Assembly: GCF_006345805.1 (NCBI RefSeq)
Contig: NC_043005.1
Coordinates: 45,508,001-45,572,000 of the forward strand
DNA from: Octopus sinensis
Lineage: Eukaryota
Reading direction: 5' to 3'
DNA: 64,000 bases
Below the pieces are notes generated by a model. That model saw only the letters and a list, made by a program, of their open reading frames with translations. It was not told the DNA's origin and did not search any database. Positions 53,640 to 64,000 of this stretch are shown here, piece after piece. A program made the position numbers and the translations under genes. Numbering within the stretch: position 1 is the stretch's first letter; each line of letters begins with the position of its first letter.

Positions 53640-54110
53640 GTTCTGCAGATCAGTTCAAGGCTTGGGTTTTGTTCCATCCTCTGTTTTAAAGAACACAAAT
53701 AGTGTCATATTCTCTTCCTTCCACAATGAAGGATGTGTCTCTTAACTATTTAGCATTTAAATTGGTCATATCAAGCCAAAGTAATCTACCTGTTTTATCT
53801 TCATACTAGCCAGATCTGGCCTCTCATACTTATCCAACAAAATTATTCTAAAAATTAACAATCATGTCATTGTAATCTCAAAGCTGCAAGGTAATGCATA
53901 ACCAATTCATATCAATGTGAAGAAATATGTATTACATTTGACAGAGAAACCTGAATGCCTAAGAGTTTTCTTCAGCTTGAGTCTGGACAGAATAAAAAAT
54001 TCATGCGGTGTTATGGTTTGATGTTGGTACATGGGTATTTTCAAAGTACCTGTTACCCATTTACCAGCATCATACCATGACACCACATGACTTTCTTCGA
54101 GCAATCACAG
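53640..54110 (-). mobile_element. second diverged copy of the ORF1-like fragment
   Basis: PHEFFILSRLKLK (53907-54104 ORF) matches HNEFFILSKLKVE at ~52310-52350; nucleotide similarity between 53655-53750 and 52205-52295. Confidence 0.5.
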
Positions 54111-54164
54111 CCCACATATATAACAATCAACTTCTGTCATTCAAATTTAAAATGGCTGACAACT

Positions 54165-54331
54165 AGCATCATGCTCGAAACGCAAGAGTGCCAAGAGTTA
54201 CTTCTCAACCACATGGTTCCAGGTTCATTTCTACTGTGTGGCACCTTGGACAAGTGTCTTCTGCTATAGCCTCGAACCTACCAAACCCTTGTGAGTGGAT
54301 TTGGTAGGTGGAAATTGAAAATAGCTCATCA

Positions 54332-54378
<47 letters not shown>

Positions 54379-54593
54379 ATATATGATTGTATGTCTGTGT
54401 TTCTCCCCTACCATCACTTGACAACCAGTGTTGGTGTGTTTACGTCCCTGTAACTTAGCGGTTCAGCAAAAGAGGCTGATAGAATATGCACTAGGCGTAC
54501 AAAGAATAAGTCCTGGAGTTGATTTGTTCGACTAAAGGCAGTGCTCCAGCATGACTGCAGTCAAATGACTGAAACAAATAAAAGAATAAAAGA
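54165..54593 (+). mobile_element. SINE family C, full length
   Basis: Head, internal (TA)n and 3' domain. Confidence 0.85.
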
Positions 54594-54594
54594 G

Positions 54595-54632
<38 letters not shown>

Positions 54633-54749
54633 ATATATATACACACACATATATACATATACATATATACATATACATATACATACATACACACATACAT
54701 ACAAACACACACACACACATATATATGTATATATATATGTGTATATATA

Positions 54750-54965
54750 TAGGGTGGCCCAAAAGTAGGTTTACATTATCATGTAGGCACTTCAAATTTC
54801 TTTTAAAACATTTTATTACATTTAAATTTCTATCTTGCAATTAACTAAATTAGCATAGAATAATAGTTTCATATCTTTTTTTTTTCATAATTAAGATCTA
54901 AACAGTTTATATATGAATGTGAAAAGAAAGTTGAATAACTATAAACCTACTTTTGGGCCACCCTA
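54750..54965. mobile_element. Tc1/mariner-type MITE
   Basis: TIR agggtggcccaaaagtaggtttaca / taaacctacttttgggccaccct; same family as 13714-13949. Confidence 0.85.
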
Positions 54966-54982
54966 CACACACACACACATAT

Positions 54983-55029
<47 letters not shown>

Positions 55030-55499
55030 TATATATATATATATATATCATCATCATTGTCATCGTCATCATAGTCATCGTCGTCGTCGTCATCATCATC
55101 ATCATCTCTTCTTCTTCTTTGTTTTAATACCTGTTTTTGAAGTGAGGATGAATTGGAAGGGTCTGCCACACAACAAATTCTGTTATGTTTTGACCTTGCA
55201 TCTTGTCTTTTGGTTTCTGAGTCATAGTTAACGTTTTGAGATCTGATCACTGCTACTTCTTCCATTTAAACTATACCACAATCTCCCCAATACACAGACA
55301 CACACACCTCAGTACCAATCCAGCCACCTTGGTAGCAGAAACCATCTAATATATCTAATGAGCTTCAGAGCTGTTCATAGACTTCATATTATGGCTAACT
55401 TTACTTTCAACTAAACTGATGTTCAGGTTTTCTATCGGTTTGTCAGAGATCTTCAGGCATCTTCAGTTTTTTTTTGTTTTTTTTTTATACAATTTTATA

Positions 55500-55990
55500 C
55501 CAAGCAAAGTTTGGGATCACTGCAGCATAAGGCACAACAAAGATGGGATCTACAAATGTTTAAAAAATGTCAGTTCCAAGAAAGATTAAAGAGCTGAGTG
55601 TCATTGTACAGAGGCAAACAAGATTGATGGTAGTGAGTTCCAGAGCGTTGTGGTTCAACTGTCAGAAAGACTTATGACTAACAGGAAGCTAAACACATAA
55701 TGATGTGCCTGGGAAGAAAAGCAGGTGACACATTTAATTAAAGGTGTTGACAGAAGGTACTAGACCAGAAAGTTCATCAGAGCAATGACCATGGAAATAC
55801 TTATTGAAAAGACACAATGGAGATATATTTCAATGATGAGCCAAATACTTCAGCTTTGTAGGAGGAAGTGGACCCATATTATTAACAACATAATACTAAA
55901 TTTGATCAAGTAAGTTAAGACCATGAGAGAAGGTACCAGTTTGCATTGAGTATGCAATATCGAGTTACTACTAACTCCTTTACCATATAC
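55500..55990 (-). mobile_element. CR1/L2-group LINE ORF2 C-terminal remnant
   Basis: Minus translation CLFNKYFHGHCSDELSGLVP...TTTLWNSLPS, a typical post-RT C-terminal motif. Confidence 0.7.
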
Positions 55991-56529
55991 CAAACAAAAC
56001 CACTTTCAGATAACTGAAGGATTTTTTTTGTTTTTCTGTTAATTAGTATTTTGGTTTAAGCTGTAGTGAACTTTAAAAAACTACGGATTTTAGATCAGTA
56101 GTCCATATGACCATATGGGGGTCCATATAAGATTTGTTAGGGTCCACACAAACAAAATAGCAAATTGGAGATTCACAGTAGTATTTTAGGGGTCTCTGAA
56201 AAAATTTTGCAAGATCCAGTTAGGTTTCTTTCTTTAAGAATTTTATATAGTCCAAACTACACTAGTTAACATGTAAAAAACCAATAGGAATTTCAAAAGA
56301 AGTATCTATAAAACTCATTTAAAATCATTAAATGGCTATGGGACCCACAAGAATAAAATAGTAATCAAAGGGGTCCAGAGATAAAAAATGGTTACAAACC
56401 ATTGTTTTAGATCATTCTCAAGAACTCTTAGTAATTGTAAGAAACTGTGAACAGAGCTCTGGTAAATTCCTATTATATTGTGAATTCTGAACTTAAAATA
56501 ACCTTGCTTACAGTGCTCTTATATTTAAG

Positions 56530-57496
56530 TAAACCACTTAGCTTTCAGATTACTCTTTCAGATGTTATGCCTATTTATTCACATTGTTTTGAATTAGTCA
56601 TGCATTATCTCGTAGCTTCAAAATTTCAACAATGTGATTGTTTATTTTTAGAATGACATTGTAGAGTATGTGTGAGGGCCTGGATAAAGCTGGTTTGATC
56701 ATAAAATAAGATAGAATATTTGGGCCAAATGTAGGCAGTTTAACCCTTCAGTTTTCAGATTATTCTGTCAAATGTAATGTTTGTTTATTTATATTGTGAC
56801 GTATATTTGCCATTTAAATATGGCTAACCCCTAAGGGTGGATACTACTGTAGTTTGTAGCCCCAGGAGGACACCTCCTCCAGCTGGCTTTAGACACACTT
56901 TCTGTGCCCTATCAGTGTTTGCAAAGGGAAGCCATCCTTCCCGTCTTCAACTTATGATACACAAGGACTCGAGTTTCTGGGGCTACAAACTACAGTAGCA
57001 TCCACCCTTAGGGGTTATCCATATTTAAATAGCAAATATACGTCACGATGTATTGCAGCTACTGTTTATAACTCGCTCTAAGATTTATTTATATTGTTTT
57101 GAATTAATCATGCATTATCTTGTAGTTTAGAGATGTCGATGATGTGATTGTTTAGTATTAGAATGACACTGTAGGGATGGGGTGAGAGGCCAGATATGGC
57201 CAGAAACGTTAACATGCCAGGTGAAATACTTAGCAGTATTTCGTCTGCTGCTACGTTCTGAGTTCAAATTCCGCCAAGGTCGACTTTACCTTTCATCCTT
57301 TCGTGGTCAATTAAATAAGTACCTGTTACACATTGGGGTCGATATAATCGACTTAATCCATTTGTCTGTCCTTGTTTGTCCCCCTCTGTGTGTAGCCCCT
57401 TGTGGGCAGTAAAGAAATAAGATATGGCCAGTTTCAATATGAAACAGGTTAAATATTTTGGTCAGATGTGGCTGGGTTTGTATGCAAAAGGGTTAA
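56530..57496. mobile_element. two tandem piggyBac-like MITEs; the second hosts a long-TIR MITE and a family B SINE
   Basis: TTAA at 56740-43 and 57493-96. SINE B at 57195-57419 has the TSD agatatggccag. Confidence 0.7.
56796..57046. mobile_element. MITE with ~70-bp TIRs
   Basis: gtgacgtatatttgc...gtagtttgtagccccag (56796-56865) versus ctggggctacaaactac...gcaaatatacgtcac (56977-57046). Confidence 0.85.
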
Positions 57497-57699
57497 ACTC
57501 TTTTATAAGCCACTCCTTTGCATTTATGTTTCTTAATACTTGCCAAAGAACACAAAACGAACACAGCATGGGTATATACCAAATGTCTGTTCAAAGTTAA
57601 CAAATGGAAAGGAAAGATGTTTCTTCTAAATGACAGAACAATAAATTATTATTTTATATATGCAATAGAAAAAAAAACACCAATTTTCTTGTGTGTATC

Positions 57700-57926
57700 T
57701 TATATCTTTTACTTGTTTCAGTCATTAGACTGTGGCCATATGGTACACCACCTTGAAAAACTTTATTCAAATGAATTAATCCCAGTACTTATTTTTTTTA
57801 AGCCTAGTATTTATTCTATCAGCCTCTTTTGCTGAACTGCTAAGTTATGGGGCTGTAAACCCACCAACACTTGTTGTCATGTGGCGATGGTGGGTAGAAA
57901 CACATACACAAACACACAAACACACA

Positions 57927-57962
<36 letters not shown>

Positions 57963-58382
57963 CACACATATGATGGGTTTCTTTCAGTTTCTTTCAGTTT
58001 CTTTTTTCTTTATTGCCCACAAGGGGCTAAACATAGAGGGGACAAACAAGGACAGACAAAGGGATTAAGTAGATCACATCGACCCCAGTGCATAACTGGT
58101 ATTTAATTTATTGAACCCAAAAGGATGAAAGGCAAAGCCAACCTCGGCGGAATTTGAACTCAGAACGTAAAGACAGACAAAATACCACTAAGCATTTTGC
58201 CCAGTGAGCTAATGTTTCTGCCAGCTCACCATTTTCTTTCAGTTTCTGTCTATCAAACCCACTCACAAGGCTTTGGTTAGCCTGAGGTTAAAGCAGAAGA
58301 TACTTGCTCAGTATGCCATGCTGTGGGACTGAACCCAGAACCATGTGGCTGGGAAGCAAGCGTCTTACCACACAACTACACT
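57700..58382 (-). mobile_element. family C SINE interrupted by a family B SINE (58003-58232)
   Basis: The B copy is flanked by the duplicated ttctttcagtttct from the C body. Confidence 0.85.
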
Positions 58383-58754
58383 GATTTCTTTTTTTTTTTT
58401 TTTTTTTCATGGTTTACTGGTTGGATGCTCTTCAGCAGCATAAACACTTGTGACTTAGAAGCACAGAATAAAAAGTGAACTTTCCCACACTCTAACTTTT
58501 TTGACTCCTTGTCAAACAAGTTTATATGAGATTGCATTAGTTTGTATCCTCATTGAATTTAAAATTACAAAAATATATCCTTTATTCAGTTCAAGTTGAT
58601 GAATCAAAAACTACATAGATTTAATTAAGAATGTGTATGTGTGTGTGTGAGGTGTGTGTGTGTACATGTATGAGTGTCTGTGTATGTATGTGTGTGCATG
58701 TGTACATGTCTGTGTGTGAGACTTCGTATATGTATGTATGTGTATGTATATGTG

Positions 58755-58794
<40 letters not shown>

Positions 58795-59219
58795 GTGTGT
58801 GTGTGTGTGTGTGTGTTGATACTGTACTACTGAATAGTTAAGAAGTCCACTTTACAATTTCAAGGCTCTGGGTTCAATTCTACCACATAGTACCTTGAGT
58901 GAGTGTCATTTGCTATAGACCTGATTCAACCCAAGCCTTGTGAGTGAAACTGAGTTACTGGAAACTGTTCTGAATCCTATTAAATGAATTGTACCTGCAA
59001 TTCAAAATTTCAGCTTTGTTGCACCCTATATCATGCTCATTCAACATGGGGATCGCATTGGGTGTACCACAGGTGACTGTGGAATACACAACCACTTATA
59101 CTATAACTCAGTGTGTATGTACCTTGGTTGATTGAACAACTGGAATACTCAAGGGCAAAAGTGTCAAAGATTCATTTAATTAGTTGTGTGTGTGTGTGTA
59201 GGGGTGCGTGTCCATGTGT

Positions 59220-59781
<562 letters not shown>

Positions 59782-60184
59782 TACAGAGTGAGGGGGAGGG
59801 GAGAGGGGGGAGAGAGAAAGAAAACGTGAGAGACAAGCAGACAGCCAGATAGATAGATTATGGATTATAGTCGAAACAAACGTTTCAGTTACATTATACG
59901 TTGCCCTAGGCAAGGTAGAGCACTCTGCTCTAACCTACTTTAAACTACTTACCTGAACAAAAGGTTATGCTTCAAACAAGTTTCCACTATTTGCTTCATA
60001 AAAGAGGTGTTCCAGCTGTGATGTAATGACTTGCAGGAATGCATGCAAATGCCTGCATTTACAAACCGATTCCTTTCAGGTTCCTAAAAGATGCACAGAC
60101 ATTCTCTATATCCCACTGACCTTACTGAAGCATCTGGTTGGGTTGTGAAGATGCCTACTGCAATTTTTAACTCTGTTTTTTTTT

Positions 60185-60222
<38 letters not shown>

Positions 60223-60705
60223 GCTTTTTATTTATTTATTTTTTGTTTTTGTTTTTGTGGCCTTTGTTAATCTAGGTACAGTTGTTGCTGTTACAGTTGT
60301 GAAGGAGTTGTGTAGCCTGTGCTCACATGCATAAATATGCACACTCATGCATGCACATGTATGGAAAGACACATGGGCACGACTGTGCATACCTATATAA
60401 ACATCTGCATATACTCCCAAACAGGCACACGTACATATATTCATGCATTTGTATGCATGAACACAGATACACATGCATGAATACACACTCACATGAACAC
60501 ACACACGCACACATGTACTTACATGCATAAACACACCCACATATTCACACAGCTATACACCCTACACACTTTCTCATAAGACTTATACACATAGATCTGT
60601 CCATATATGTGCATAGATAAGCATTCATTACACATACATAAACGCTTATTGCAAATGCACATACACACATGTACAGACATACATAAACACACTCACACCA
60701 GAGTC

Positions 60706-61232
60706 ATCATCATCATTATCATCATCATCGTTTAACGTCCGCTTTCCATGCTAGCATGGGTTGGACGATTTGACTGAGGTCTGGTGAACCAGATGGCTGC
60801 ACCAGAGTCCAATCTGATCTGGCAGAGTTTCTACAGCTGGATGCCCTTTCTAACGCCAATTACTCCGAGAGTGTAGTGGGTAGTTTTACGTGCCACCGGC
60901 ATGAGAGCCAGTCAGGCGGTACTTGCAATGGCCATGCTCAAATGGTGCTTTTTATGTGCCACCTGCACAGGAGCCAGTCCTGCAGCACTGGCAACGATCT
61001 CACTCGAATGATTTTTCATGTGCCACCAGCACAAGTGCCAGTAAGGCGACGCTGGTAATGATCACACTCGAATGGTGCTTTTTACGTGCCACTGGCACAG
61101 AAGCCAGTTAGCTGCTCTGGCAACGATCATGCTAGGATGGTGCTCTTAGCACTCCACTAGCACCAATGCCAGTCATCGAATTTGATTTCGATTTCACTTG
61201 CCTCAACAGCAGAGTTTAGTGTCCAATGAAGG
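60706..61232 (-). mobile_element. RTE 3' UTR with (GAT)n tail
   Basis: Homologous to 17359-17965. Confidence 0.9.
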
Positions 61233-62528
61233 AAAAGGAAAAGAGTGTGTTTAAGTATTTATGTACATGTCTATGAGAATTCAGATGATACATTTGTCCA
61301 AGTTTTGAACAATGAAAAGGGGAGGTGATGTAACGATCAAACAAATATTTTCTTTAAAAAAAAAGTAAGCTGAAAGTAACCCATGGGCTTAAAATCAGCC
61401 TTGTTCCACTATACAAAATTATTCTTTAGAGCTCTACACTTCATTATCTTTATCATTGTTGTTGTTTAATATCTGGCAGGGATTGGATGGTTTGACTGAG
61501 GACTGGCAAGCTGGGAGGCTGATACAGGCTCCAATCTGATTTTGTAAGGTCCACTCAGCTGGCAAAAATAAGAAATTCTGCAGCAGATCCTGTCCAGGTG
61601 GAGAGTGTATACATCATAGAAACTGACAGTAATGAGTTGGTATGACTCGAGAACATAACTTTACCTTTTACACAGGGAAACTAGCAGCCAATCTGTTTAT
61701 ATATTCAGCAATTACAGTAGCTACAGAAACCTGGAATGACTAATTCGCATACTGTATTTGTTAGTGCTTTATTTTTAATATCAGGGACCTGTCTACAGGG
61801 ATCTCAGTCCATACAGTATCAAGGCATGAGATAATATATGTAACCTATATAGTACCTATATAAACGGAGAAAATTTCTCTGTAGATTGAAAAATATGATG
61901 AACAACCTCAATTGATTTTCAAAGGAAGGGCATCCAGCTGTAGAAACATTGCCAAATTAGACTGGAGCCTGGTGCAGCCTTCTGGCTTCCCAGAACCCCG
62001 GTCGAACCGTCCAACCCATGCTAGCATGGAGAACGGACGTTAAACGACGATGATGATGATGATGATGATGAATTGGGTTCTCATTAGAGGCAGCTCAGCT
62101 TTTTTTTTCTGAATTAGCTAATTTTTCCCATAATGAGAGAGTTGATTTCTAATTAAGCAATGAACTCCATCACAAGAATTTAGATAGCAACACTGGGGAA
62201 AAGTTACATATTGAACCATAAAAAAGTCTTGCATATTTTTCCTGTTCCATTATATTTGTAAAGTGTGTGTTAGCTGGTCACTTTCTTTACTTGAAAACCC
62301 TAGTTTTTTTAGATTATTAGATATTTGATAACTTGATCATTTGCAGTAATGAATATAGATATAAACATAGACAGAGAAACTGTAGGTTTTGAAATAGTCA
62401 TTTCTTTTTCATTGCATTTGAAAGAAATGTTTGCATCTTCATAGCATATATAAATATACATAAAAGTTAATCTTGCTCTCCAACTTAACATGAAGTTTGT
62501 GCTATAACATAGAATACTGTGGTATTTA

Positions 62529-62884
62529 GGGTAAAGGGTATAAGGGTAAAGATCCCCTTTGGTCATGAATGACCATGGGATTGCACTTCGAAAGTTACCC
62601 TCCAAGGTACAAGTTTGGGCAAAGGTTTTATGGAAGACCAGCAGTTGCCCATGCATACCAGCCTCTCCTTTCCATGCCACTGATGTAATCCAAGGGAAAG
62701 GCAAAAGCCAGTACAGCTTGGCACCAATGACATCACAGCTCATTTCTACAGCTGAGTGAACTGGAACAATGTGAAATATAGTGTCTTGCTCAAGAACACA
62801 ACACACAGTCCAGTCTGGGAAGTGAACTCACTACCTCATGGTTGCAAGCCTAATGTTCTAACCACTGAGCCATGTGCCTTCATT
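62529..62884 (-). mobile_element. SINE family G with 12-bp TSD
   Basis: TSD ctgtggtattta at 62517-62528 and 62885-62896; short (TACCCTT)-like tail. Confidence 0.85.
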
Positions 62885-63389
62885 CTGTGGTATTTATCTT
62901 GAGAGGATCTGTCATAAGGATTCATCATGCATAAAAAGCACATGTAATTATATTTTTGACAGAACTGCCAGATCAAGTAATTTCACTCTGCTATGGGTTC
63001 TTCAGTGACAGATGTCCAGCAGCATGATAACAGCCAAATCTTCCATCAATGATATGTAGAAGCTCAGTGTTTTTTCAGGCTATAATGTTGCAAATAGCCA
63101 GTAAGCTTATTAAAAAATAATTAATAGCAACAGAAGCAGTATTAGTACCAAAAGGTGATCTTGGTCTCCAACTTAACGTGAAGGCTGAGTTAGAACACAC
63201 AGTACTGTGTTATTTACCTTGAGAGGGTCTCTCATAAGTACACATGGTGATCTGGAAGCTCCAGTAGCCATAGCAGATGATTCTTGTCTGTCAACTATAT
63301 AATTACATATGCTTTTATGCACCACAAGTCCTTATGGGAAATCCTTTCAAGGTATCTAATGCAGTATACTGTGTTCTAGCACAACTCCC

Positions 63390-63851
63390 ATGTCTTCATG
63401 TACTACCTGCCTGATAAGAAACTCAGACACTCCCATGTCCCTGACAATGAACCTGATTGACTTGGAAGGATCATTGTGACTCATGGCCTGGATCTCACCA
63501 ACAAATTCAGGAGTTCTTTTATCAGAATGATCAGGGTGAATTTTCTGAGCTGCTGTATCTTCATAATCACCATTAGACTCATCCAACTCTTTCCAAATCC
63601 TTTGCACTATCTTCAGATTGACTCCCAAACACTCTGAAATGTTCACACTGGAGCTTCTGGCATGAATGTCAAGTTGTGCAGCATGTTGTTTCCAAATTTC
63701 TGGCAGAGTGATTTGTGTCATGGTGCTGTTTTTCTCACTGATGGTGCCCAACTGCCCCTACTATACTGTGTTGTCGACAAAATCAAAAACAAACAATGTG
63801 CATGCGCGAAATTAGAAATATAAAACGGCACAATTTACTCATCGCACCCTG
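63390..63851 (-). mobile_element. 5' part of a maT/DD37D-like Tc1/mariner element
   Basis: TA plus TIR cagggtgcgatgagtaaattgtgcc. ORF ...RTPEFVGEIQAMSHNDPSKSIRFIVRDMGVSEFLIRQVVHED is homologous to the 35989-36351 ORF. Confidence 0.85.
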
Positions 63852-64000
63852 TATATATGTAGTCAACAATGATTCTGCTTTTATATCAGGGTATGTCTTT
63901 CCTATCAATAGCATTCTATACATACACACACTACCTAGGATTGTAGCACTTGTACAAAATAGTTGTGATAATGAGAGGGTACATGAGAAGCAGATTTTTT

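Noticed and set aside
62309-62806. 165-aa minus-strand ORF
   Set aside because: Mostly runs through a family G SINE bounded by a TSD; the remainder has no recognisable homology.

Overview
AT-rich eukaryotic genomic DNA that is dense in microsatellites and transposable elements. The SINE repertoire matches what I recall from Octopus (coleoid cephalopod) genomes; this is an inference. No intact host protein-coding gene can be supported, and nearly all ORF-track entries are read-throughs of microsatellites or repeats. The window holds at least six SINE-like families (working labels A-G), RTE, CR1/L2-like, R4/Dong-like and L1/Tx1-like LINE remnants, a Gypsy gag-protease remnant, several Tc1/mariner relics and MITEs, TTAA-flanked piggyBac-like MITEs and Helitron-like elements. 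It also has two CpG-rich promoter-like motif clusters (~9.0 kb and ~28.5 kb), a degenerate TTAGGG array, and 308-bp and ~1.4-kb tandem duplications. The most striking observation is a tRNA-headed SINE whose 3' part contains a Penelope-type minimal hammerhead ribozyme motif. It occurs as a head-to-head palindrome (21432-21980), with a second rearranged copy at 23095-23260. Several long near-perfect hairpins and inverted repeat pairs are candidate dsRNA or A-to-I editing substrates. All assignments were made by eye and need Dfam/Repbase, Rfam and RNA-seq confirmation.
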